IMG/VR virus record: IMGVR_UViG_3300045988_152067
Coordinates: 1 to 42,717 of that record
From: a virus
Length of the DNA: 42,717 nt
Reading direction: 5' to 3' (one strand)
The notes under the pieces were generated by a model that was not told where the DNA came from, did no database searches, and saw only the letters and a program-made list of their open reading frames with translations. This document shows positions 32,542 to 41,358 of the stretch, piece by piece. The translations under genes were made by a program, and so were the position numbers. Position 1 is the first letter of the stretch. Each line of letters opens with the position of its first letter.

Positions 32542-34359
32542 TTATTCATCCCCTTTCAATTTGTCTAAATGTCTTACATGCATTAAATCTGCTGCCAAAC
32601 TTGCATATACTTCACAATCCCAGTAGTGATTTTTGGCATGGCTTGTTTTTGGTACCCATGTATAAGTTTCATGATTATTTTTTATTTCTACTACTTTATG
32701 CTCACTTGTCATTTGTTCGGCGTATTCTATTTCTATATCTGCATGGAACATAAAAGCACCATACTTATACATTGGTCTTTGCATTTGTGATGCTATAACA
32801 TCTTTGTATTTATCTACATTTACTAAATAAATAGTTTGCCCTAGACCTGCTTTAGTTTCTGTAGCATTTACATTATCTATTACCTTTTTTCTAAATCTGC
32901 TTTCAGATTTTAAATTAAATTCACCTTTACACGGCAAAACTATATTTCCCATTTGGCTTTGTATCTGCAGACAATAATCGTATACTTCTTCTGTTCTATA
33001 ACCACTATCTATTAAACATAAATCTATTAGCCATTTTGGTTCCCCATTTGTATCACAAAACTTTTTATCTAGTAGTTCTGTTAGTTCATCAAAATTTTTT
33101 AAAGAACCATATAAGATATTTTGGCTTACTACACCATATCCCCATGCACGTACTACAAAATAAAGATTGTTTTTCTGTACGTCCACACCACAAGTAATAA
33201 GCTGTGTAAAATCTGGAACACAACCTTCTTGCAATTCTGTTCTTCTTGCAAATATTTGGTCTGTTTCCAATGCTGAAGCTGTATCTTCATATGGCATACC
33301 TAGCCAAGAATTCACAAAGTTTTGCATATCTACTGGATCATTTTTGCTGGCCAGAAATTCTCCAGCCACATCACCGAAAGTAAGCCATGGCGAATAGATA
33401 GAATTAATATGAAATGCTACAGATTTTGCATGGCCAACTGTTTTATTTTCTGCAATCCATTTGCCACGTTTTAGCATCTGCATTTTATGTCGGTCATCAA
33501 TTCGACCGCCACATTTATTGCATACATAATAAGCAGCAGACCTTGCTAAAGTTATATCATTTTCCCCTTTTTCATTTTTTGGCCACTTGATATTATTTAG
33601 CTCAAACGTCTGATATTCTCCACAATGTGGGCATGGCACATAATAATGATATCTTTTATCTGCTTTTTCCCAGGCTATCCATATTGGGCCACTCTTGAAA
33701 ACTGGTGTAGATGTTTTAAAAATCTTTGCATTAAAGCGGTTTTTAGTTCTTTCTTCTGCTAATTTTAACGGACTAGCTTCTTTTTTAGCCTTTTTAGGGA
33801 ACTTTTCTATTTCATCTAATAAAATATACCTACTAGACCAGCTTGCTAACTTAGAAGGAGATTGAGCCGAAGCAAAGAATATAAATCCGCCATTAAACTT
33901 TAAAAGCGTATCTTTACTTTCATATTCATTAAACTTTTCTTTTAAAATCGGTGAACTATCTAGCATTTTTTGCAGTCTAAGTTCAGAAAAGTCTTTGCAA
34001 AACGTATCGTCAGGTAGTACATAAATAATTCTGTTAGGATTTTGGTCTATGATATACCCAACTATATTTAATAATGCTTCTGTACCGCCAATTTGAGTAC
34101 ATTTTAAAAATACAATTTCTTTTATATGCTCATCATTAAAGCTGTCCATTATCTTTTTTAGATATGGAACATTTGCTGTTTCCCATGGTCCTGGTTTATC
34201 TGTTTCATCTGCAGATAAAATTCTATTCTTATCTGCCCATTGGCTAACAGTTAATTTTTCTGGTGGCTTAAATGTTTGCATAGCCATAGCAATTATCTTA
34301 TCTAAAGTCTGCTTAGAGCTATTACTTCTTCCTACTAGCTCCTGTCTTTGCAAGTTCAT
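32542..34359 (-). CDS. Terminase large subunit (lambda GpA family)
   Basis: 605 aa. Walker-like GGTEAL, DE motif ILLDEIE, zinc ribbon CPHCG...CNKCG. Confidence 0.85.
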   Translation of the reverse strand: MNLQRQELVGRSNSSKQTLDKIIAMAMQTFKPPEKLTVSQWADKNRILSADETDKPGPWETANVPYLKKIMDSFNDEHIKEIVFLKCTQIGGTEALLNIVGYIIDQNPNRIIYVLPDDTFCKDFSELRLQKMLDSSPILKEKFNEYESKDTLLKFNGGFIFFASAQSPSKLASWSSRYILLDEIEKFPKKAKKEASPLKLAEERTKNRFNAKIFKTSTPVFKSGPIWIAWEKADKRYHYYVPCPHCGEYQTFELNNIKWPKNEKGENDITLARSAAYYVCNKCGGRIDDRHKMQMLKRGKWIAENKTVGHAKSVAFHINSIYSPWLTFGDVAGEFLASKNDPVDMQNFVNSWLGMPYEDTASALETDQIFARRTELQEGCVPDFTQLITCGVDVQKNNLYFVVRAWGYGVVSQNILYGSLKNFDELTELLDKKFCDTNGEPKWLIDLCLIDSGYRTEEVYDYCLQIQSQMGNIVLPCKGEFNLKSESRFRKKVIDNVNATETKAGLGQTIYLVNVDKYKDVIASQMQRPMYKYGAFMFHADIEIEYAEQMTSEHKVVEIKNNHETYTWVPKTSHAKNHYWDCEVYASLAADLMHVRHLDKLKGDE

Positions 34360-34801
34360 TTAGGCACCTCTCAATCTGTTTATCTATTTTTTCTTTGACT
34401 AGCAATGTTATTTCTGGATATTGTGAACTAATCTCTGTGGCAATCTGACTACTGGTGAATAATAAAATAGATTTTATTTTACTAAAACACTCTGTTAAGG
34501 TTTTATATACTTCTGCAGAAGCAATATATCTACCATTTAAGATATCCCTTTGAATTTCTGTCATTTCTGCTTTAAGTTCTCGGTATCTTGCATCTGCTTC
34601 TAATTTTCTGGCTTCTGGACTAGCGTCCTTTTGTTGTTCATATTTCCAAAGCATTAATTGACGTACGTCCCATTTACCACGTCCAACTTTTGGAGCACCT
34701 TTTTTTGCCCAACTAGATAACGTTTCTCTGCTTATGGAGAAAAAATCACAGGTATCGGCAGTTGTAAAAATAAATTTTTGCTCAATTTTCTCTCCAGCCA
34801 T
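34322..34801 (-). CDS. Terminase small subunit (Nu1-like)
   Basis: N-terminal HTH FFSISRETLSSWAKKGAP and a helical C-terminus with a layout parallel to lambda Nu1. Confidence 0.7.
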   Translation of the reverse strand: MAGEKIEQKFIFTTADTCDFFSISRETLSSWAKKGAPKVGRGKWDVRQLMLWKYEQQKDASPEARKLEADARYRELKAEMTEIQRDILNGRYIASAEVYKTLTECFSKIKSILLFTSSQIATEISSQYPEITLLVKEKIDKQIERCLNELAKTGASRKK

Positions 34802-34940
34802 AACATCACCTCAACTTTACAAATCTTTATTTTTTTATAAAAAGAAAATAATTGTTATTTTAAAGGCTTTAAACTTGTTTTTTCCACTACCAAAAGACAT
34901 TTAAATCAACCATTTGTCAACCCTATTTTTTAAAAATTTT

Positions 34941-35004
34941 AGAGCGATTTTTCGCAGTCGAGGTCCCGCATTAGCACACGGACCCCTTAAGAAGGACCCG
35001 CAAA
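34941..35004. other. GC-rich island upstream of Nu1: candidate cos / terminase-binding region
   Basis: GGTCCCGC (34962), CGGACCCC (34979) and GGACCCGC (34994) sit in an otherwise AT-rich spacer, at the position lambda cos occupies. Confidence 0.4.
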
Positions 35005-35388
35005 CTATCTTATGCTTTTCATTTCTGTTTCCATGATAGAAGCTATCTTTCTTAAACAAATAAATCTATTGTCCCATGTCTTGTACTCCGTTTCTGTGAA
35101 TACAACTTTTGCTTTGGCTTCCTTGTAGACACTCTTAGTCTGTTGAACATCTGTATCTACATCTACCAAAGCTTTTAGCTTTAATTGATTAGCTTTAGGA
35201 TATTGTTCCATATATAATAAAAGTTTCTCTGCTTGTATTTGCTTTAATAAGTCCTCGGCATCCGCCATAATATTTTTGTATCTGGCCAACTTTTCTGATA
35301 CCAAAGCAAGTGTATTAGTAGCACAAGCAGTAAGTTCTATTATTTTTTTCGGTGTTGGATTAGTCGGTATAATAAATGGATTATCCAT
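35005..35388 (-). CDS. Hypothetical coiled-coil protein
   Basis: 127-aa ORF overlapping the HNH gene stop. Confidence 0.45.
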   Translation of the reverse strand: MDNPFIIPTNPTPKKIIELTACATNTLALVSEKLARYKNIMADAEDLLKQIQAEKLLLYMEQYPKANQLKLKALVDVDTDVQQTKSVYKEAKAKVVFTETEYKTWDNRFICLRKIASIMETEMKSIR

Positions 35389-35659
35389 ATATATTCTTTA
35401 AATACCTCCTGCATTTATCTCTTATTTCTTTTAATCTATCTGTATTATGGCGAGCATAATGACATTCATCACAAAGCACAACACCGCCACACATTTCATC
35501 TGTTTTATCCTGACCGCATGGATCGTGATGAAACTTATGACTATCATCTACATATTTTCCACATACAATACATCTATAGTTATCTCGCTCAAATATTTTT
35601 TGATTGAGTTCTCTTAGCTTCTTGCCTGTTAGTTTTACTCTTTTCTTTTTCTGTAGCAT
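35381..35659 (-). CDS. HNH endonuclease (terminase-associated type)
   Basis: CIVCG...HHDP...CDECHYARHN. Located just upstream of the packaging genes. Confidence 0.8.
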   Translation of the reverse strand: MLQKKKRVKLTGKKLRELNQKIFERDNYRCIVCGKYVDDSHKFHHDPCGQDKTDEMCGGVVLCDECHYARHNTDRLKEIRDKCRRYLKNIYG

Positions 35660-35708
35660 TTACTCACCACCAAAAAAAGAGATATTGCATTTGCAATACC
35701 TCTCTATA

Positions 35709-35785
35709 TACATTATATATACATTATATATACATTATATATACATTATATATATGTAATATATACATTTAATATACATTATATA
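35709..35785. repeat. Seven tandem 11-bp units (TACATTATATA x4, TATGTAATATA, TACATTTAATA, TACATTATATA)
   Basis: Read directly. Exact 11-bp phasing in the intergenic gap upstream of the HNH/late operon. Confidence 0.9.
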
Positions 35786-35787
35786 TA

Positions 35788-36000
35788 TTACTTATATACC
35801 TTATGTGAATTACTTTTAAATCTTCCGCTTTCTTTATGGCATGTATTTTTCACATGAACCAAATCTTTTATACTAAATGTTTTATCTTGGTCCCTAGTAT
35901 AATTTAAACACTTGCCATATTTCAGCTTTATTTTTCTATGTGTACATGTATTTTCTACATTGTAATAGCATTTATGCTTATAACATTTTATTACTGTCAT
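35788..36000 (-). CDS. DUF1540-like small Cys protein
   Basis: IKCYKHKCYYNVENTCTHRKIKL fits the C-x4-C-x2-N-x4-C pattern. ATG at 36000 with GAAGGTGA RBS. Confidence 0.45.
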   Translation of the reverse strand: MTVIKCYKHKCYYNVENTCTHRKIKLKYGKCLNYTRDQDKTFSIKDLVHVKNTCHKESGRFKSNSHKVYK

Positions 36001-36014
36001 GTTTTCACCTTCTT

Positions 36015-36049
36015 GCAAAAGAAAAAGACAGCCTAATTTGACTGCCTTT
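36015..36049 (-). terminator. Leader terminator/attenuator immediately before the DUF1540 RBS
   Basis: 10-bp stem aaaggcaguc/ggcugucuuu. Its two G-U pairs are valid only on the - strand. Followed by UUUUUCUUUU. Confidence 0.5.
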
Positions 36050-36140
36050 TCTTTCTCATGTATGGAAGTGAAGTCATATTAAGTTGTCCTGATTAAGAAA
36101 TACCATTAGTTAAACGCTTTCCTAATTTCTACTGTAAAAA

Positions 36141-36149
36141 ATTATAGCA
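36141..36149 (-). promoter_or_regulatory. Extended -10 promoter TGcTATAAT
   Basis: Reverse complement of 36141-36149. Confidence 0.5.
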
Positions 36150-36198
36150 TTGTTTTTCCTCAAATAAAAGGGCATCTTTTTTCCACCTTTTTCTCACC

Positions 36199-36654
36199 TT
36201 ATATGGCATCTCCGCCAAAGAATTTTATAGTTAAAATATCTATTAATTTTATTCTATTTCTATATATTGTTTTTGTATCACAGTTTAATTCACTTGCTAT
36301 ATTATCCACACTCATATTGTTGAAGTATTGCATTTCTATGATTTTATTATATGGTTCATCTTTTATGGCTTCCATTGCTCTCTCTATTTCTTTTGTCGCT
36401 CTTATATCTCGCAACATAGATTTTCTTATCTTTATACTTTCGATAAGCCTTCTTTCCTCTAAATCATTATTTAAATATTTATCTATATTATTATTAGGAC
36501 TTACTATGTGAATTGCTGGAACTGTTTCAAATTTTTCTTTTTTAATATCCTCTAAATCCTTTTTAAACTCCTCTATATTTTGCTTTAGAATAGGATAAGA
36601 TTTTAATTTCTTAATTGTTTCTTTCTTAAGCTGTTTTGTTTTATTATCCGCCAT
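36199..36654 (-). CDS. Late-gene activator (RinA/ArpU-like, sigma region 4-like HTH)
   Basis: C-terminus IIEMQYFNNMSVDNIASELNCDTKTIYRNRIKLIDIL. Last early gene before the late operon. Confidence 0.6.
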   Translation of the reverse strand: MADNKTKQLKKETIKKLKSYPILKQNIEEFKKDLEDIKKEKFETVPAIHIVSPNNNIDKYLNNDLEERRLIESIKIRKSMLRDIRATKEIERAMEAIKDEPYNKIIEMQYFNNMSVDNIASELNCDTKTIYRNRIKLIDILTIKFFGGDAI

Positions 36655-36670
36655 AATATACCTATCTTCC

Positions 36671-36934
36671 TTAATATCTTTTTTCTAAAGTTTTCTTAAT
36701 GTCGTCTAAGTAAACATTATCTCCTTTTGTTATTTTCCCATATATTTCACACATGGCTATATTTGCCATTTTAGATGCATCTTTACCAGTGAAAACCATA
36801 AGTGTTTTATCTTTTTGTTTTCTATCTATGAAGTTTACGTTTAATTTTACTTTATCTTCTTCTGGTAATTTGTGAAGCTGTGATATGCTTTTTACACTTA
36901 TTTTTTTAGAGTTTAAATATATGAATTGAGCCAT
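36671..36934 (-). CDS. Hypothetical protein
   Basis: 87-aa ORF. Confidence 0.45.
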   Translation of the reverse strand: MAQFIYLNSKKISVKSISQLHKLPEEDKVKLNVNFIDRKQKDKTLMVFTGKDASKMANIAMCEIYGKITKGDNVYLDDIKKTLEKRY

Positions 36935-37208
36935 TCTTTTTTACTCCTAATTTATTTCTTACATATCCCCATATACTTCCACGTTTTTTATTATTTTCTA
37001 ACTCCATATATATTCTTGATATTTCATTTTCAACTTCATATATCTTTTTATATCTTCCAATTACTACTGTATCAGATAATAACCTTCCTAATTTTGCCTT
37101 AATTAAAAATGCACTCATTGTTCTATCAAATTCTATAGTTACATAATCTACTAGGTCTTTTTTTACTATTCCTATATTACCTTTTATATATTTACTCACC
37201 TTTATCAC
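36906..37208 (-). CDS. Hypothetical protein
   Basis: 100-aa ORF with a GTG start. The exact start is uncertain (a GTG at 37199 has better RBS spacing). Confidence 0.4.
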   Translation of the reverse strand: MIKVSKYIKGNIGIVKKDLVDYVTIEFDRTMSAFLIKAKLGRLLSDTVVIGRYKKIYEVENEISRIYMELENNKKRGSIWGYVRNKLGVKKNGSIHIFKL

Positions 37209-37293
37209 TCCTATTTATCTGAAGCATGCACATTAGCACTACTCCTGCAAAACAACCTATCCAACCGCCAATAATTAAGCCTGCTATAAACAT
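37192..37293 (-). CDS. 33-aa single-TM peptide (below the ORF-track cutoff)
   Basis: AGGTGA RBS. Sequence MFIAGLIIGGWIGCFAGVVLMCML... Confidence 0.4.
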   Translation of the reverse strand: MFIAGLIIGGWIGCFAGVVLMCMLQINRSDKGE

Positions 37294-37330
37294 ATTATTC
37301 ACCTATCTTAAAAAAACAGACATTTACTAA

Positions 37331-37582
37331 TCATAGTTCTTCAATCCGTTCTTTAAGTCCAATTATTTTAGCCTCTTCAGAATTAAAAAATTTATTTTTT
37401 TCTTTATAAAATTTACTCCTTAAATATTCGTTTTCTTGTCTTAATTCCTCTATCATTTTGTTATTCATGGATATTTTTTTGCCTATATAACTAATCTCTT
37501 GAATTTTTAACTCTAAGATAATTTCTGCTTTCACTCTTGATTTATATTCATAATTTTTTAAACTGTTCATATTACCTAGCAT
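37331..37582 (-). CDS. Hypothetical coiled-coil protein
   Basis: 83-aa ORF. Confidence 0.45.
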   Translation of the reverse strand: MLGNMNSLKNYEYKSRVKAEIILELKIQEISYIGKKISMNNKMIEELRQENEYLRSKFYKEKNKFFNSEEAKIIGLKERIEEL

Positions 37583-37624
37583 TTAAAAATCTCACCTTCC
37601 TAATTATCCCTGTTTTTAATAAAT

Positions 37625-37855
37625 TCATTCATCATCTTCACCTTTTCCTAAATACTTATTAACTGCTTTTGTTATACCTCTATCACAGCTTAAGCAATAG
37701 AATTTTTCTTTGTATATAGTTGTATATATCATATCTCCATCAACTTCTTCGCCAAATTCATCAAACCATGTATTTTGTGTACCTCTCATAGGTTGTTCAG
37801 ACCTAAATCCTGTTTCTTCTTTACAATATGGGCATATAAACGCTTCTTTATTCAT
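37625..37855 (-). CDS. Zinc-ribbon protein
   Basis: CPYC ... CLSC pairs in 76 aa. Confidence 0.5.
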   Translation of the reverse strand: MNKEAFICPYCKEETGFRSEQPMRGTQNTWFDEFGEEVDGDMIYTTIYKEKFYCLSCDRGITKAVNKYLGKGEDDE

Positions 37856-38264
37856 TTTTTACCCTCCAATTTTTCTTTGTATAATCAGTAAGGTCAACGA
37901 AAGTAAATTCATTTATTTTTATCGACTGAATAGCATAAATATTTTTATTTGTTTTTAACTCATTTTCTAGGCTCTCTTTGTTTCCAAAGTACCTAATAAT
38001 ATCTCTAACTTTTCCATTTCCGTGTTTTTCTATTGGTAAATATACTTCATCTACTTTTTCTGTTGGCTCATCATCTAATGTTATTTTTTCAGTAACAAAA
38101 TATGACAAGTCATCAAAAAAATAAATGTTATATCTTACTTCCCTAAGTGCTTTTTCTTGGCTTGTAAAAATACCACATAAATCAACTACATAATCTTCAT
38201 CTGGATTTCCCCATGGCATTTCATGTCTTAAGAGTAGTAAATAATATTCTTTTATTTTTTCCAT
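37848..38264 (-). CDS. Hypothetical protein
   Basis: 138-aa ORF with GAGGTG RBS. Confidence 0.5.
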   Translation of the reverse strand: MEKIKEYYLLLLRHEMPWGNPDEDYVVDLCGIFTSQEKALREVRYNIYFFDDLSYFVTEKITLDDEPTEKVDEVYLPIEKHGNGKVRDIIRYFGNKESLENELKTNKNIYAIQSIKINEFTFVDLTDYTKKNWRVKNE

Positions 38265-38428
38265 ATCTTCTGCACCTCGCTATTAATATTTTTTGCTTTT
38301 TCTATCTCCATACTTCTTACCATTTCTACACATTCTTCTGTATAGTGTGGTTTTACATATGGGCATGGTTCTTTCATTATCGTGCAGATATAACCTACAT
38401 CTGCATCATATTCTGTATGTGGGCACAT
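38252..38428 (-). CDS. 58-aa Cys-rich protein (below the ORF-track cutoff)
   Basis: TAATG coupling to the upstream gene. Sequence MCPHTEYDADVGYICTIMKEPCPYVKPHYTEEC... Confidence 0.4.
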   Translation of the reverse strand: MCPHTEYDADVGYICTIMKEPCPYVKPHYTEECVEMVRSMEIEKAKNINSEVQKIWKK

Positions 38429-38799
38429 TATTTATCATCTCCCCAATCCGCCACGTCAAATGGTTCATCTTCAAAATAATATTTTCTATCTGCATTTTTC
38501 TTTAATGCTCTATCAAAAAATGTATCGAAATCTAAGCAATAATGTTTTCCAAATATAATAAATAATAATCTCATATAACTTTGTGCTGCTTGACTTACAT
38601 CAAATGCTTCAAAAAATGCTTTTTCTATTTCTTCAATGGATATATACTGCTTTCTATTAATTTTATTTAATAGATTAGCATTTTCTGCTCCTAGTTCTGT
38701 AAATTCTTCAGCAACTTTTGAAAATTGCTCCTTTAAATCGTTATCCAGTAATTTCTTACAAAAAGGTAGCTTTTTATGTTTAAATCTTTTTTTACTCAT
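38428..38799 (-). CDS. MazG-like nucleotide pyrophosphohydrolase
   Basis: VAEEFTELG and EAFDV acidic helix motifs in a 123-aa helical protein. Confidence 0.45.
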   Translation of the reverse strand: MSKKRFKHKKLPFCKKLLDNDLKEQFSKVAEEFTELGAENANLLNKINRKQYISIEEIEKAFFEAFDVSQAAQSYMRLLFIIFGKHYCLDFDTFFDRALKKNADRKYYFEDEPFDVADWGDDK

Positions 38800-39053
38800 T
38801 TTTCGTTTTCCTTATTCAATAAATTGAGAATATAAGTATCAAATTTAGGTTTTTTTGGTCTTATTAAATCATCAATAGATACTTCAAGTAAGTCGGCAAT
38901 TTTGCATAGTGTTTCGTATTTTGGTTCACGATTTCTGACTTCATAACCTGTATAAGTTGAATAAGGTATATTTAATGCTTCCGCAAAATCCTTTGCTTGT
39001 TTATAACCTGCCTTTTGTCTATAATGTCTTAAATTTTTACTAAAATTACTCAA
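38796..39053 (-). CDS. XRE-family HTH protein
   Basis: LRHYRQKAGYKQAKDFAEALNIPYSTYTGYEVRNREP. TTG start. Confidence 0.6.
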   Translation of the reverse strand: MSNFSKNLRHYRQKAGYKQAKDFAEALNIPYSTYTGYEVRNREPKYETLCKIADLLEVSIDDLIRPKKPKFDTYILNLLNKENEK

Positions 39054-39165
39054 TTAACTTCACCGCCATAATCGTTCCTACTATTGCTGTTAATAGTAGG
39101 CTTATTTTACATATTAATTCCGTTCTTCTTCTTTTTCTTAAATACTCAATATCTTTATTTAACAT
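39046..39165 (-). CDS. 39-aa single-TM peptide (below the ORF-track cutoff)
   Basis: AAGAGGTG RBS. Sequence MLNKDIEYLRKRRRTELICKISLLLTAIVGTIMAV... Confidence 0.4.
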   Translation of the reverse strand: MLNKDIEYLRKRRRTELICKISLLLTAIVGTIMAVKLIE

Positions 39166-39175
39166 CTCACACCTC

Positions 39176-39382
39176 TTAAATAATTGACATTAAAAAATAT
39201 ATAGCAAGTAAAATTAAACTAATAATAGCAATCGGTTTAATAAGACTAATAAATACACAAATAAAAATAATAATAAGCATTGGAATAGCTATATATGTTA
39301 AGCAAACAACAAAAGGAACAAAACCAACAATTAAACCTATTACAGATAAAAATAAAAGTAACAATATTTTTAGAAAAAGCAT
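39176..39382 (-). CDS. Small polytopic membrane protein
   Basis: 68 aa, almost entirely hydrophobic. Confidence 0.5.
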   Translation of the reverse strand: MLFLKILLLLFLSVIGLIVGFVPFVVCLTYIAIPMLIIIFICVFISLIKPIAIISLILLAIYFLMSII

Positions 39383-39383
39383 T

Positions 39384-39920
39384 TTAATCTCCTATTTTAT
39401 ACTCTTCTTTTCGTTCTACTTTTCCACCATTTTTTAAATCCAAAAAATTTACGTTGCCATTAAATTTAACTCTATAGGCTTGTATATCTTCTGGTCTTAA
39501 ATACTGGCGTCTGTATTGCTCGTATATAAGTCTCCAGTATTTCCAAGGTACAAAGAAAAATTGGTCTTGTATTCCTATTACTACACCTGTTATAGCACCT
39601 AATTTATAGTGCTTTTCCAGGCATTCCATTTGATTTTCTGTAAGCACATCTGCACGAATTTTATCTGTAGATGTATACTTAGCTTCAAATACGATTGATA
39701 AACCATTTCTCAATGTTCCTTTGAAATCTGGCTGTGATTTAGAAGTAAATCTACCTTTAAAAAATCCATTTTCCAAAGGTTTTGATACCTTGAATGGTTC
39801 TGGTGTCTTTTCTATAAAGGCTCTTTCTTGTAGGTTATATGCCATACAACCGCCAATGATTTCACTTTCAAACAAGGCTCCATTTTTATTATTGATAAGA
39901 CCTCTTAGACTTCTATCCAT
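39384..39920 (-). CDS. recU: RecU-type Holliday junction resolvase
   Basis: GALFESEI...PDFKGTLRNGLSIVFEAKYT matches the RecU catalytic core. GGAGG lies 7 nt before the ATG at 39920 (track start 39956). Confidence 0.7.
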   Translation of the reverse strand: MDRSLRGLINNKNGALFESEIIGGCMAYNLQERAFIEKTPEPFKVSKPLENGFFKGRFTSKSQPDFKGTLRNGLSIVFEAKYTSTDKIRADVLTENQMECLEKHYKLGAITGVVIGIQDQFFFVPWKYWRLIYEQYRRQYLRPEDIQAYRVKFNGNVNFLDLKNGGKVERKEEYKIGD

Positions 39921-39942
39921 GTTTATACCTCCAGTTCTTTTT

Positions 39943-40167
39943 TCATAATTCCCCATACCAGCACCAATTATCTTTAAACCATGCTAATAAATCTAAATAT
40001 TCTTGTGCTTTGTTATATGTAGAAAATATCTTATTGTTTTTTTCTACATATCTATTGCCTTCTAATTCTGAACCAATATCTTTTGTATATACTGTATATT
40101 GGTTATGATCTAATTCATACACATAGTAAATATGCTTTCCATCTGTGTATTTATCGTTTTTATTCAT
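39943..40167 (-). CDS. Hypothetical protein
   Basis: 74-aa ORF. Confidence 0.45.
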   Translation of the reverse strand: MNKNDKYTDGKHIYYVYELDHNQYTVYTKDIGSELEGNRYVEKNNKIFSTYNKAQEYLDLLAWFKDNWCWYGEL

Positions 40168-40511
40168 GCGATATCACTCTTTCTACCTGTCCTTGCATAA
40201 AATTTATACTCTGCAAGTTTCTGTATATATACCATGTCAGGATAATAAGCCTTTACTATCCCATAACTTAATTCAGTTCTTTTTGATATCTCCCTAAACT
40301 TACAAATAAAATCATTACCTCTTCTTATTTTTAATTTTCTCTGTTCTATTCTCTCCTTTCTCTTCTTTAAAAATTCTCTTAACATCTTATTTTTTCTCAA
40401 TCTCTTGCATTCACTTGAACAGCATTTAATACGTGAACTTGTTGTTTTAAATGTTGCACCGCAATATTCACATTTTTTCTCTATTATCTTGGGCTTATAC
40501 AATTTATTCAC
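40164..40511 (-). CDS. Zinc-ribbon basic protein
   Basis: CEYCG...CCSSEC followed by a Lys/Arg-rich helix. Confidence 0.45.
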   Translation of the reverse strand: MNKLYKPKIIEKKCEYCGATFKTTSSRIKCCSSECKRLRKNKMLREFLKKRKERIEQRKLKIRRGNDFICKFREISKRTELSYGIVKAYYPDMVYIQKLAEYKFYARTGRKSDIA

Positions 40512-41358
40512 CCCAATCTTCTATTACCTCTGGTACATCTATATTTTCCAAAGGCTTTCGATATTTGCTTTTCTTAAACTTCTGATACTGGCTATCTATT
40601 CTATACATGGTTATTCTTTGTACCCTGCAACATTCATAGTAACCGCCATTATCTGCCCAGCCATAGCCATCATAAATAGAGTTTTTATCTATGATGTAGC
40701 CTTTTGGGGCTTTTTTTGTTGCCATGTTCCACCATCTATTATTTTTTATAACTTTGGTGGTTACTAATGGCATTTTTAAATTTTTAGATGCACAAAATCT
40801 TTTCTTATGCACCTTTTCCTTTCTGTAGAATTGCTCCCTACTGTTTTTTATTAAGTAAGAAGCCAGCTTTTTATATTCCCCACTGTAATCTAAATGTCTT
40901 ATCGTTACTCTTGGGTATTTACATTCTTCTGTACCAACTATTCTTTGCCATGCTTTAGTTAGTACATCTGTATCGAGCTTGTTCATCACAATATGAAAGT
41001 GAATCATACCTTTTTTTGTGATACCAGCCACATAAATATACTTGAGCTTTTTTTCTTCTCGCTTGTATATTCTTCTTACTGTGTCCAAAAATGTATTTAT
41101 ATTTTTTCTGGCCACATCTATATCTACTTTTTGATGTGGTGGATAATTTAGCGTTAAGAATAAATCTCCACCTTCAAAATTTTCATTTAACTTATACCTA
41201 CAGATACGCTCTGCTTTTTTATCTTGATAGCGTAGCTGTTTTAATGGTGTCTTACCTAGTGCAGGGCCATTAGGTATATTCTTTCCATATCTACCACTAT
41301 AATATTGGTAGTAGTCTATATAATTTTTTCCATATACCTTTTTCTGCACTAGTGCCAT
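40504..41358 (-). CDS. rep: HUH-superfamily rolling-circle replication initiator (Rep)
   Basis: Motif 1 FLTLNY, motif 2 MIHFHIVMN (HUH), motif 3 KLASYLIKN (catalytic Tyr). AAGGAGG RBS. Confidence 0.8.
   Translation of the reverse strand: MALVQKKVYGKNYIDYYQYYSGRYGKNIPNGPALGKTPLKQLRYQDKKAERICRYKLNENFEGGDLFLTLNYPPHQKVDIDVARKNINTFLDTVRRIYKREEKKLKYIYVAGITKKGMIHFHIVMNKLDTDVLTKAWQRIVGTEECKYPRVTIRHLDYSGEYKKLASYLIKNSREQFYRKEKVHKKRFCASKNLKMPLVTTKVIKNNRWWNMATKKAPKGYIIDKNSIYDGYGWADNGGYYECCRVQRITMYRIDSQYQKFKKSKYRKPLENIDVPEVIEDWGE

Noticed and set aside
35709-35785. Possible CRISPR array or minisatellite
   Set aside because: The units are 11 bp, contiguous and without spacers. There are no cas genes and no 25-40-bp repeat structure anywhere in the window.
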